From: a bacterium
Lineage (GTDB): Bacteria > UBP15 > UBA6099 > JAJRTR01
Assembly (NCBI GenBank): GCA_024278215.1
Contig: JAJRTR010000011.1
Span: 25,583 to 89,582, forward strand
Direction: 5' to 3'
DNA length: 64,000 nt
In this document: positions 29,535-38,751 of the stretch, piece after piece
How the letters are laid out: each line of letters starts with the position of its first letter
Numbering within the stretch: position 1 is the first letter of the stretch
Notes under the pieces: generated by a model
Told to the model about the DNA's origin: nothing
The model's input: the letters and a program-made list of their open reading frames with translations, nothing else
The model's database searches: none
Made by a program: the position numbers and the translations under genes

Positions 29535-30671
29535 TTATTGTTTCTCGATTGTTATCTTGTTCATTTCATCGAGTGCGTCATTGACCGCTTCCTGTCCGGA
29601 CAGGGGGGAGAGTTCTTTTTCCGGGGAAAATGTACGGTGGCCTCCGATGCCGCGCGCACCGGCCCAGAGGTTCAGCAACTGGTTGAGTGTTGCCGCCTGG
29701 ATTTCCACGCCTGTATATCCGCTGCCTCGGTATGTTTTGTGTAGATCGTTCAGTGAGTTATCTGTTGGCCCGATGAGCACTATCTTTCCTTCGAAATACT
29801 CACGCATCCTTTTCCTGTGTTCTTCCATCTTCCCGGTCTTGAACGAGTCCTCCACATAGACGACGTCGAGAAAAGAATAGTGTTTGAACACTTTTCTCTG
29901 CGGAGGAAGCACGAGCGGCAGCGAATCCCCGGCGGCGAGTTTTATCTGGAGTCCGCGAATCTTCATATAGCGCGCTCCGTATCCGGAAACAGTGATCTCG
30001 CCGGGAGAGACGCCCGCGGCTTTCATGAAAATCTGCATCGGGAACGAGGGCAGCACATAGCGGTCGTATTTCGTGAGCAGAAGCCCGCGCCGCACGATGC
30101 CGTCGGTGTCGGTGAGTATCTTCATGCAGCCGATGCGCGCGCCCGAGCCGACGAGTTCCGCATAGGGCAATGCGAGAGCGGCTGCTTTCGGAGCGAGTGT
30201 CGAGGTGGTCGTGATATTGGGAAAAGTGAACTGCCTGAGGTTTATCGCCTGCTTGTCTTTTTGTGGTCTCGGTATCATCTCGAAGCCGAAAACAATCGGT
30301 GGCGGGCCGGCCGCGACTGTTTTCGCCACGGTAATATCTTCAGTGGTGGGAGGCACCCTGGCCGTCAGCAGAAGGTCCACGGCGATTGTGTGCGCCTTCG
30401 CCTCGCGCAGTACGTTTATCACTTTCGAATACCATACGCGCGGAATCGGGAAATTGCCCGTGTAAGCATAATTCGCCATTGGATTTCTGCCGATGTAGTA
30501 GAGCGTATCGGAATCGATACCCACAATGACGACATCCGCGATCGGGTTCATCGTCGCGGGCCATTCGACATTCTCGCTACGCACCGGCTGCGCCCACAAA
30601 CAGCACAGGGCCAGCGCGGCAAGCAGGACAATTGCATTATTCGATAACTTCATCATTAAGCATTTCCTCAT
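29535..30671 (-). CDS. Secreted standalone CHASE2-domain protein
   Basis: Signal peptide. CHASE2 pattern (VVIVGIDSDTL...IAVDLLL). No TM or output domain follows. Confidence 0.5.
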   Translation of the reverse strand: MRKCLMMKLSNNAIVLLAALALCCLWAQPVRSENVEWPATMNPIADVVIVGIDSDTLYYIGRNPMANYAYTGNFPIPRVWYSKVINVLREAKAHTIAVDLLLTARVPPTTEDITVAKTVAAGPPPIVFGFEMIPRPQKDKQAINLRQFTFPNITTTSTLAPKAAALALPYAELVGSGARIGCMKILTDTDGIVRRGLLLTKYDRYVLPSFPMQIFMKAAGVSPGEITVSGYGARYMKIRGLQIKLAAGDSLPLVLPPQRKVFKHYSFLDVVYVEDSFKTGKMEEHRKRMREYFEGKIVLIGPTDNSLNDLHKTYRGSGYTGVEIQAATLNQLLNLWAGARGIGGHRTFSPEKELSPLSGQEAVNDALDEMNKITIEKQ

Positions 30672-30987
30672 TTATTGAATGGCGTATGTTGACGTTATCT
30701 TACCCCAGCAGACGAAAAACTGTCAAAGGAAATGAAGACGGAGCATAAAACCGGGCGGTGATGGATTCCCGCATTGCCATGTGGAACGCACTGTTGATTT
30801 CAAGCAGGATTATTTCGGTCATGATGAAAAAATCGTTGGAATGCAAGCCGCGTGAGTAGAAATAATCTTGAAACTGGAGATCAAATACTTAAGAATTAAG
30901 GATATAATTGTTAAGATGTGAAGAAACCTACAGGAAGAACTGAAGAAGACATGCCGATATAAGGCGGCAGCGGTGGAGGTGCAGGAC

Positions 30988-31740
30988 ATGTCCGGCCATT
31001 CGAAATGGAGTACGATCAAACGCAAGAAAGGCGCGGCCGACCAGAAACGCGGGAAAGAGTTTTCCAAACTGATCCGTGTTATAACCCAGGCTGCGAAAGA
31101 AGGCGGAGGCGATCCCGAACAGAACGCACAATTGAGGTCTGTTCTCGATAAGGCCAAGTCCATCAACATGCCCAAGGACACAATCCAGAACGCCATCAAA
31201 CGCGGCACGGGCGAGATCGAGGGCGCGGACTATATCGAGTTGACTTACGAGGGCTACGGACCCGGCGGCATTGCGTTTGTCGTCGAGACTGTGACGGATA
31301 ACAAGAACCGCACAACCGCCGACATCCGCTATGTGCTTTCGCGGCACGGCGGCACACTCGGCGAATCGAATTGCGTGCAGTGGATGTTCGACAGAGTTGG
31401 CCTTGTGCTGGTGCCGTCGGAGGGTATCGACGAGGACGACATCATGGAAGTAGGCATCGAGGCGGGAGCTGAAGAAGTCGTCGAGGACGGCGGTTTCTAC
31501 AGGATAACATGCAGTCCCCAGGATTTTGAGAACCTGAAAAAAGCGATAGCGGACGCCGGATATACTATAGATACGGCAGAGCTGTCGATGGAGCCGCAGA
31601 CAACAGTCGAGGTGGATGAAAAAAAGGTCGGCTCGGTGCTCAAACTCATCGGACTGCTCGAAGAGCTCGACGACGTGCAGAACGTCTACTCGAATTTCGA
31701 CATATCCGACGAAATACTTGAGAAACTTGCCGCCGAATGA
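30988..31740 (+). CDS. yebC: YebC/PmpR-family transcriptional regulator
   Basis: MSGHSKWSTIKRKKGAADQKRGKEFSKL canonical YebC N-terminus. Confidence 0.85.
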   Translation: MSGHSKWSTIKRKKGAADQKRGKEFSKLIRVITQAAKEGGGDPEQNAQLRSVLDKAKSINMPKDTIQNAIKRGTGEIEGADYIELTYEGYGPGGIAFVVETVTDNKNRTTADIRYVLSRHGGTLGESNCVQWMFDRVGLVLVPSEGIDEDDIMEVGIEAGAEEVVEDGGFYRITCSPQDFENLKKAIADAGYTIDTAELSMEPQTTVEVDEKKVGSVLKLIGLLEELDDVQNVYSNFDISDEILEKLAAE

Positions 31741-31765
31741 CATCATATCAGTTCGGAGATTTTAA

Positions 31766-32290
31766 GTGCGAATAATAGGAGTTGATCCCGGACTTGCCAA
31801 CTCGGGAATCGGAATTGTCGAACAGGACGGCGGCGGCATCACGCTGGTCGGATCGAAATGTATCACCACGCAACCTTCAACATCTTTCCCGGAAAGGCTC
31901 ATGAGCATATACGGCGAGTTAGAGGACGCGCTCGACGAGTATCAGCCCGAGGCGTGCGCAATCGAATCGATATTCTTTGCGAAAAACGCGAAGAGCGCGT
32001 TCCAGGTGGGACACGCACGCGGGGTCTTCATCCTTTCGGCGGGCATTCGCGGCATACCGGTCTTCGAGTACACACCGCCGCAGATAAAGAAAGCGCTGGT
32101 GGGCAAAGGCCGCGCGGATAAATCACAGGTGCAGTACATGACAAAAATGATCCTGAACCTGCCGGAGATACCGAAACCCGACCATGTCGCCGACGCGCTT
32201 GCCGCCGCCATCTGCCATTTGAACTCCATCAAGTTCATGAGTCTCACCGGCTCCGAACAGCTGGTATATAAAAGGAAACGGAAACGCTGA
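31766..32290 (+). CDS. ruvC: Holliday junction resolvase RuvC
   Basis: MRIIGVDPGLANSGIGIVE; RNase H-like fold, 174 aa. Confidence 0.85.
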   Translation: MRIIGVDPGLANSGIGIVEQDGGGITLVGSKCITTQPSTSFPERLMSIYGELEDALDEYQPEACAIESIFFAKNAKSAFQVGHARGVFILSAGIRGIPVFEYTPPQIKKALVGKGRADKSQVQYMTKMILNLPEIPKPDHVADALAAAICHLNSIKFMSLTGSEQLVYKRKRKR

Positions 32291-32292
32291 AA

Positions 32293-32895
32293 ATGATATC
32301 TTTCGTCAGGGGCGATATAACAGAAGTGTCGGAGAACAGCACGGTAGTGGATGTCGGGGGCGTCGGCTATCTCGTCTATATCCCCACGTCGCTTGCGGCA
32401 TCGCTCGAACTCTACGCGAAGGATGTTACAATCCACACATTATTGATTCCGGGCGACGACAAAATGAGCTTGTATGGATTTGCGACACCCGACGACAGAG
32501 CCGTGTTCGAGCTTCTTATCTCAGTGTCGGGGATAGGCCCCAAGGCCGCGGTGAAATTGCTGTCGATGCCGCGCGAACGGCTGACCGACGCCATAGCGGG
32601 CGGAGATGTCGCCGTACTGACGACTGTGCCGGGTGTCGGGCCGAAAACCGCAAAAAGGGTGATACTCGAATTGAAGGACAAAGTCGGCAAACTATACGGT
32701 GGAAGCAAAAGTTATGTGACGTTGCCTGAGACTGCCGGCGGAGAGGCCGAAGCGGCGGTGCAGGGGCTCCAGGCGCTTGGCTACACCGCTTCCGAGATAC
32801 GCGCCATGATGAAAGCGCTCGGCACTGAAGACCTGAAGACAAAGAGCGCGTCCGAACTAATCGGGCTCTGCCTCAAACATAAAAAGGGCGGTTGA
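32293..32895 (+). CDS. ruvA: Holliday junction branch-migration protein RuvA
   Basis: MISFVRGDI...GVGYLVYIP...GIGPKAAVKLLS HhH motifs. No ruvB follows. Confidence 0.85.
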   Translation: MISFVRGDITEVSENSTVVDVGGVGYLVYIPTSLAASLELYAKDVTIHTLLIPGDDKMSLYGFATPDDRAVFELLISVSGIGPKAAVKLLSMPRERLTDAIAGGDVAVLTTVPGVGPKTAKRVILELKDKVGKLYGGSKSYVTLPETAGGEAEAAVQGLQALGYTASEIRAMMKALGTEDLKTKSASELIGLCLKHKKGG

Positions 32896-32939
32896 CTTCG
32901 TCAATAAAACGCCACTCCCGCGAAAGCGGAAGTCTATTT

Positions 32940-33118
32940 GAGCCAGTTGCAAAATTATGTTGGAAGTGAGGTCGAGCGAAATTGGTCTAAAGCAAGGCGG
33001 AGGTGCAAAATCCCCGCAGACGTACTTGTAGAGTACGTCGAGGAAGATTTTGCGCCGACAACGAAGCTGTTAACAATTGCAGCCGACCGCAGCCGAATCA
33101 GAATTTTGCAATTGGCTC
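32940..33118 (+). mobile_element. MITE-like repeat, full copy C
   Basis: Same terminal inverted repeats; flanked by an ATTT/ATTT direct repeat. Internal palindrome CGTACTTGTAGAGTACG. Confidence 0.8.
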
Positions 33119-33309
33119 ATTTAAATATCCCGGTTTTCTTTTTTAGTATCTTACGACTGAAATGCTACGCAGGATGGTAAAGAAATGCTGAAAAGAGATC
33201 GGGGAAAGCTGGAGCTTCCAGTAACAGGCGTTTCCAAGGTAAACCTTGGAAACGATGAAACTCTGTGTGCCGTGCTCAAACCGTAGACCGTGCGTGTGCC
33301 GTGCTCAAA

Positions 33310-33338
33310 CCGCATTTGTTTGGGCACGAAAATGCGGC
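33310..33338. repeat. REP-related palindrome variant with a longer loop
   Basis: ccgcatttgtTTGGGCACGAaaatgcgg upstream of argG; same stem as the REP family. Preceded by two 19-bp direct repeats gtgtgccgtgctcaaaccg (33265-33283 and 33294-33312). Confidence 0.5.
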
Positions 33339-33415
33339 CTGTTTGGTTCCGGCTACGCCGGGTTAGGTACTGATCAAGTAGATATTAACATAATCAGAGA
33401 AGGAGCAGCAATACC

Positions 33416-34621
33416 ATGAAAAAAGACAAAGTTGTTCTGGCATATTCAGGCGGAGTCGACACATCTGTCGGAGTCAGGTGGCTGCAGGAGGAAAAAGGGC
33501 TGGATGTTATCGCGCTTACAGTGGACATCGGGCAGGGCGCGGAGCTTGCGGCCATCAAGAAAAAAGCGGACAGGCTCGGCGCGGTGAAGAGCCTGGTCGT
33601 GGACGCTAAAGACAAGTTCTGCAACGAATATCTCTCGAAAGCTATCAAAGCTAACGCCATGTATGAGGGAAGATATGTGCATTCGACATCGCTGAACAGG
33701 CCGTGCATTGTCGAGATAATGGTCGATGTAGCACGCAAAGAAGGCGCGAAATACATCGCCCACGGCTCGACCGGCAAAGGAAACGACCAAGTACGTTTCG
33801 AAGTGTCGGCAATGGCGCTCGCGCCCGAACTCGAGACAATAGCCTTCGCCCGCGAGTGGGGAATGACGCGCGACGAAGAAATCGAGTACGCGAAAAAGCA
33901 TAATATCCCCATTCCCGTGACGGCCGAAAACCCTTACAGCATCGACCTCGCCGTATGGGGCAAAAGCACGGAATGCGGCATTCTCGAAGACCCGTGGGCC
34001 GAGCCGCCCGAAGACGCTCACACATGGGTGACGCCGCTACATAAAACGCCCGACGAACCTGAATATATCGTGTTGACATTCAAACTCGGTGTTCCCGTGG
34101 CGCTTGACGGTCGCCGCATGAAACTGTTCACAATAATCAGTAAACTGAACGACGTCGCCGCCAGACACGGTATAGGACTGACCGACATGGTGGAAAACAG
34201 GCTTGTCGGCATAAAAAGCAGGGAAACTTACGAAGCGCCCGCGGCCGCCGTCATTCTCAGGGCGCACTCCGATCTCGAATCACTCGTTCTTACTCGCGAC
34301 GCCGCACACTACAAAAGGCTCATCGAAGAAAGATACTCGGAACTGATCTATGACGGACTCTGGTTCTCCGAACTTCGCGAATATCTCGACGCTTTTATCG
34401 ACGCCTCACAGGAAAAAGTGAACGGCAAAGTGCGGATGAAATTGTTTAAAGGCAATGCTGTCGTCGTAGGCCGGAAATCCCCGCAGGCTCTCTACAGCCA
34501 CGGGCTGGCGACCTACGACAGGGGCGATGAGTTCGACCACACCGCAGCGAAAGGCTTCATTTCTATCTGGGGACTGCCTCATAAAGTAGACGCCGTGGTG
34601 CGCGGAAAGAAGAGAAAATAA
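33416..34621 (+). CDS. argG: Argininosuccinate synthase
   Basis: VVLAYSGGVDTSV PP-loop; full-length ArgG similarity. Confidence 0.9.
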   Translation: MKKDKVVLAYSGGVDTSVGVRWLQEEKGLDVIALTVDIGQGAELAAIKKKADRLGAVKSLVVDAKDKFCNEYLSKAIKANAMYEGRYVHSTSLNRPCIVEIMVDVARKEGAKYIAHGSTGKGNDQVRFEVSAMALAPELETIAFAREWGMTRDEEIEYAKKHNIPIPVTAENPYSIDLAVWGKSTECGILEDPWAEPPEDAHTWVTPLHKTPDEPEYIVLTFKLGVPVALDGRRMKLFTIISKLNDVAARHGIGLTDMVENRLVGIKSRETYEAPAAAVILRAHSDLESLVLTRDAAHYKRLIEERYSELIYDGLWFSELREYLDAFIDASQEKVNGKVRMKLFKGNAVVVGRKSPQALYSHGLATYDRGDEFDHTAAKGFISIWGLPHKVDAVVRGKKRK

Positions 34622-34863
34622 TCGTTCACAGGCGCATTGTAATCGGCGTAAGCAGCTTCGAGCGCCGGGAGTTTTCTGTTGCTTGAACATATTTCTTATA
34701 GAACTTGTGCGATTTTATAAAAGGTAGTGCCATGTCAACAAAGAAAAGATGTAAGATGGGGTAGCGTAAAAACTGTAAAAGTGTAGAGCGGGGTCACCCT
34801 GCACGTTCGTGCGACATTACATGCCTGACGTGACAGTAGTAGAATTTATGGCGACACGATCCG

Positions 34864-35178
34864 GAACAAAAGGTCAAATTTCAGTCATGCCGAACTTCTT
34901 CAACACCTTAAGGAGTGTCTCTTTGACTTGTATGGCGGTCGGTTCCGCAGGCTGGTGCTGTACGGCAGCGTGGCGCATACCCCCTCATGATAGAGGCTAA
35001 AAAAGAGGGAGCCCGGTCTGACTCTATGGAACAATCGAGCACGCGGAACATGAGGAGGCGGAAGACGATGTCGGAGCTTCCGGAAGAATACTCCGAGCCA
35101 TTCACAAAGCACATACGGATATTTTTCCTCTGGATGCGTTGGCGGTCGAAAGCGACAAAAGCGAATAAAAAAACATAA
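34864..35178 (+). pseudogene. Possible degraded nucleotidyltransferase (MNT-type antitoxin-like) remnant
   Basis: One frame reads AELLQHLKECLFDLYGGRFRRLVLYGSVAHTPS* (LFGS-like NTase motif) and continues out of frame. No intact ORF. Confidence 0.25.
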
Positions 35179-35304
35179 ATTTCATTTCTTCAGAAATATT
35201 CTTTACCCTGACATTGATATTATTAGTACTGGAATTCTGTGCGGGATATTTGTTGCGTTTTTTCAAGTGCCGAACATTCGCACAGAACTTGAAAAGGAAC
35301 AGGG

Positions 35305-36729
35305 ATGTCGAAAAAAAAGACGGACAACAGAAAAACCGGCGAATCAACAAAACTATGGGGCGGTCGCTTCGAGGAATCGACAAACCGCGCCGTGGAGGCC
35401 TTCTCGGCATCGGTGCATTTCGACTGTGAACTCGCTCTCTTCGACATAATGCAGTCTAAAGCGCACGCGACGATGCTGTGCGAGTGCGGCCTGATAAACA
35501 AGACGGAACTGAAGTCGATTCTGAAAGGACTCGACACGATCCGGGCCGACATCGACAGCGGCGAGTTCGTGTTCTCGCCCGCACTCGAGGATGTGCACAT
35601 GAACATCGAGTCGAGGCTCGCGCAGATTGCGGGCCCGGCCGCGGGCAAGCTCCACACCGCCCGCAGCCGCAACGACCAGGTTGTCACCGACCTGAAGATG
35701 TATATAAAACACGCTGTGGAAAAAATAATCGGCGGTGTGAGGGATGTGCAGGCGGCGCTTGTCGAGCAGGCGCGGCGCCACGAGTCGACGGTGATGCCCG
35801 GATACACGCATTTGCAGAGGGCGCAGGCTGTGCCGCTGGGTCATCACCTGATGGCGTATTTCTGGATGCTGGAGCGTGACGCCGGCAGGTTCGCCGATTG
35901 CGCGGTGCGGATGGACACCCTGCCGCTGGGCGCGTGTGCGCTGGCAGGCTCGGCCCTGAAGACGGACCCGGGAATTGTCGCGCGCGAACTCGGCTTCAAA
36001 TCCATCGCCGAGAACAGTATGGACGCAGTCGCCGACCGCGACTTCCTCGTCGAATATCTCTCGGCTTGCGCGATCCTGATGATACACCTGGGCAGGAGTT
36101 GCGAGGAATTTATTATCTGGATGAGCACGGAATTCGATTTCGTGACTTTCCCCGATTCGCTCTGCACCGGCAGCAGCATCATGCCGCAGAAAAAGAACCC
36201 GGATGTTGCCGAACTCATCAGGGGCAGGAACGGTCGTGTGACCGGCGCGCTCGTATCACTGCTGACAACGCTCAAGGGGCTGCCGCTCACTTACAACAGG
36301 GACCTTCAGGAAGACAAGGAGCCTGCGTTCGACGCGACAAAAACAATATTGACATCGCTGGAAGTCTACGCGCTGCTCGTGCGCGGCGCGGCGTTCAATA
36401 CCGCGCGACTCGCGGAATCTACGGCGGACGGTTTTCTCAATGCCGTGGACATAACCGATTATCTCGTGAAAAAAGGGATGCCGTTCAGGGAAACGCATCA
36501 TGTGGTGGGACGGCTCGTAAAGAGGGCGACGGATGCCGGGCGCAGGAATTTCAATGATTTTACACTGAAAGATTTCCGGGCCGAGTCGGATAAGTTCGAT
36601 GAAGATGTTTTTAAAATTCTCGATCCCGCCAAAGGCGTCAAAAGCAGACGCGGTCGCGGCGCGGCGAGCCCGGCGGATGTTCGCAGGCAGATAAAAAAAG
36701 CGGAAAAGATACTGGCACGGAATAAATGA
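35305..36729 (+). CDS. argH: Argininosuccinate lyase
   Basis: TKLWGGRF...; fumarase/aspartase-family signature region. 474 aa. Confidence 0.9.
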   Translation: MSKKKTDNRKTGESTKLWGGRFEESTNRAVEAFSASVHFDCELALFDIMQSKAHATMLCECGLINKTELKSILKGLDTIRADIDSGEFVFSPALEDVHMNIESRLAQIAGPAAGKLHTARSRNDQVVTDLKMYIKHAVEKIIGGVRDVQAALVEQARRHESTVMPGYTHLQRAQAVPLGHHLMAYFWMLERDAGRFADCAVRMDTLPLGACALAGSALKTDPGIVARELGFKSIAENSMDAVADRDFLVEYLSACAILMIHLGRSCEEFIIWMSTEFDFVTFPDSLCTGSSIMPQKKNPDVAELIRGRNGRVTGALVSLLTTLKGLPLTYNRDLQEDKEPAFDATKTILTSLEVYALLVRGAAFNTARLAESTADGFLNAVDITDYLVKKGMPFRETHHVVGRLVKRATDAGRRNFNDFTLKDFRAESDKFDEDVFKILDPAKGVKSRRGRGAASPADVRRQIKKAEKILARNK

Positions 36730-37559
36730 TTGATTTTACAAATCTCATAAGTTTCTTTGAAAACTTCACCGTCTGGGACGGCGTGCGCTCTGTTATCGAG
36801 ATCACGATCATCAGCCTCGGCATATACTACCTTCTGCTGTTCCTTCAGAGGACGCGCGCCGTGGCGATCTTAAGAGGACTCGCGCTGCTGTTCCTTTTCG
36901 CCGCGGCGTCTTATGTCCTGCAACTCAACACGATTTTTTTCATCCTGAAGGGACTCGGCGCGGTCACGATCATCATCCTTCCGATTATATTCCAGCCCGA
37001 ACTTCGCCGCGGCCTCGAACAGATGGGCCAGCGCGGCCTGTGGCAGCGCAGGTTCGGCGGACTCGAAAAGGAACAGATAATAAAACTTATTCATTCGCTC
37101 GTGCTTACGCTCGAGGACCTTTCGATTGTGAAAATGGGTGCGCTGATTGTGCTCGAACAGGAATCGAAACTCGATGAATATTCGCGTTCGGGTACAAAAC
37201 TCGACGCCCTGCTTACGCCGGAACTTCTGAAAACAATCTTCTTCCCGCACACGTTCCTTCACGATGGGGCCGTGCTGGTGCGGGGCGACCGTGTGATGGC
37301 CGCCGGTTGTTTCCTGCCTCTGTCGGAGAATCCGAATCTGCCACAGGATGTAGGCTCGCGACACAGGGCCGCGCTCGGCATATCGGAAGTGACCGATGCC
37401 GTCGCGCTCACTGTTTCCGAGGAGACCGGCCGCATCTCTCTATCCCACAACGGGAAACTCATCCAGGACATCAAACCCGATGCCCTGCGCGAACTGCTTT
37501 ATTCGATTTGCTTCCCGCAGGGAACGACATTTTCTTCGCCCATTGGGAGTGACGATTGA
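36726..37559 (+). CDS. cdaA: Diadenylate cyclase CdaA (DAC domain, membrane-anchored)
   Basis: 3 N-terminal TMs; DAC motifs LHDGAVLVRGD, GSRHRAALGISEVTDA, VSEETGRIS. ATGA overlap with argH. Confidence 0.85.
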   Translation: MIDFTNLISFFENFTVWDGVRSVIEITIISLGIYYLLLFLQRTRAVAILRGLALLFLFAAASYVLQLNTIFFILKGLGAVTIIILPIIFQPELRRGLEQMGQRGLWQRRFGGLEKEQIIKLIHSLVLTLEDLSIVKMGALIVLEQESKLDEYSRSGTKLDALLTPELLKTIFFPHTFLHDGAVLVRGDRVMAAGCFLPLSENPNLPQDVGSRHRAALGISEVTDAVALTVSEETGRISLSHNGKLIQDIKPDALRELLYSICFPQGTTFSSPIGSDD

Positions 37560-38746
37560 GAAAAAAGATACTGAACAACTGGCGCTACAAAGTTTCCGCA
37601 ATAGTGATATCCACATTGCTGTGGCTCTTCATATATTCCGAACATCAGCCCCGCTTCAGGGCGGATTATCCCGTGAATATTCAATATCTGAACCTGCCGA
37701 TTTCGCTCCGGCTCGTCGACAGGGAAGACGTATTGAGAATAAGACTTCAGGGTGAACCGGCAGCACTCAATAACGTGAATAATGAAACCCTGAAAGCCAC
37801 TGTCGACCTGGCCGGGCTGGGCGAGGGAATCCACCGCGTGCAGGTCAAAGTCTTCAACAGCACCGGCGCGCGGCTCGTTCGTCGAAACCATAATGTGCAG
37901 GTCGAACTCGAAAAGCTCAACAGCATCGAAATGCCTGTCAAACTGGGCTTCTTCGGCTCTCTTCCGGTAGGCATGCGGCTCGGCCACGTTACCTTTACTC
38001 CTGAAAAAGTCGTCATCTACGGCCAGACCGACGAACTGGCGCTTGTCCATCTCGTTGTCGCGAATATCGACCTGACGGAAAAGCAAAAGACTTTTCGTGT
38101 TAATGTGCGCCTGTCGGCGGTCGACGACCAGGGCGTTCCGCTCGACGATACTGTGAAGATCGATCCTGAAAGGATTACCGCCGTTGTTCCGGTGAAAAAA
38201 GAATTCGTCAAGGTTGTGCCCATTACGCCCAGGTTTAAAAAGGGGTCCGGGAAAGGCGGGTTCTCGGAGGCGGATTTCTACCCGACTGTCGTCAATCTCG
38301 TCGGCAACGAAGACGCGCTACGGGATATTAAAACTATAGAGACCGAAGAGTTCGACCTTTCGCGCTGCGAAGAGGGCGGCGTCTTCCCGCTCAGGCTGGA
38401 TACACCCAGAAATGTATTCGCAAATGTCGATCGTGTTACTCTCTCATGCAGGTCCGGTCAGGAAATAACACTATCCTTCCTCGTGAATATAAAAGTACTC
38501 AATCTGTGCGAAAACTGCACGTATCAATTAATTCCGAAAAAAATGAAAGTGACTATTACGGGACCTGACAACAAAGTTAATCAGATAAATATCTCGCAGA
38601 TATCCGCGGTTGTCGATGCGCTGGGACTCAAAGAGGGCACACACGACGTGCGATTGCATGTGGAACTCTCGCCGGGTGTCGAAAACGCACAGCTCGACTT
38701 CAATCGGGATAAAGTGAAACTGGTGATTTCGAAGAAAGAGGAATAG
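37556..38746 (+). CDS. cdaR: CdaA regulatory protein CdaR (YbbR-like repeats)
   Basis: N-terminal TM plus repeated YbbR-like beta domains; conserved position between cdaA and glmM. Confidence 0.75.
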   Translation: MRKKILNNWRYKVSAIVISTLLWLFIYSEHQPRFRADYPVNIQYLNLPISLRLVDREDVLRIRLQGEPAALNNVNNETLKATVDLAGLGEGIHRVQVKVFNSTGARLVRRNHNVQVELEKLNSIEMPVKLGFFGSLPVGMRLGHVTFTPEKVVIYGQTDELALVHLVVANIDLTEKQKTFRVNVRLSAVDDQGVPLDDTVKIDPERITAVVPVKKEFVKVVPITPRFKKGSGKGGFSEADFYPTVVNLVGNEDALRDIKTIETEEFDLSRCEEGGVFPLRLDTPRNVFANVDRVTLSCRSGQEITLSFLVNIKVLNLCENCTYQLIPKKMKVTITGPDNKVNQINISQISAVVDALGLKEGTHDVRLHVELSPGVENAQLDFNRDKVKLVISKKEE

Positions 38747-38751
38747 CATCA

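Noticed and set aside
33321-33335. Sigma-54-like -24/-12 element TGGGCACGAAAATGC upstream of argG
   Set aside because: It fits GG-N10-GC but matches the TGGCAC/TTGC consensus poorly. The sequence is also the loop of a REP-variant hairpin, so the resemblance is probably coincidental.
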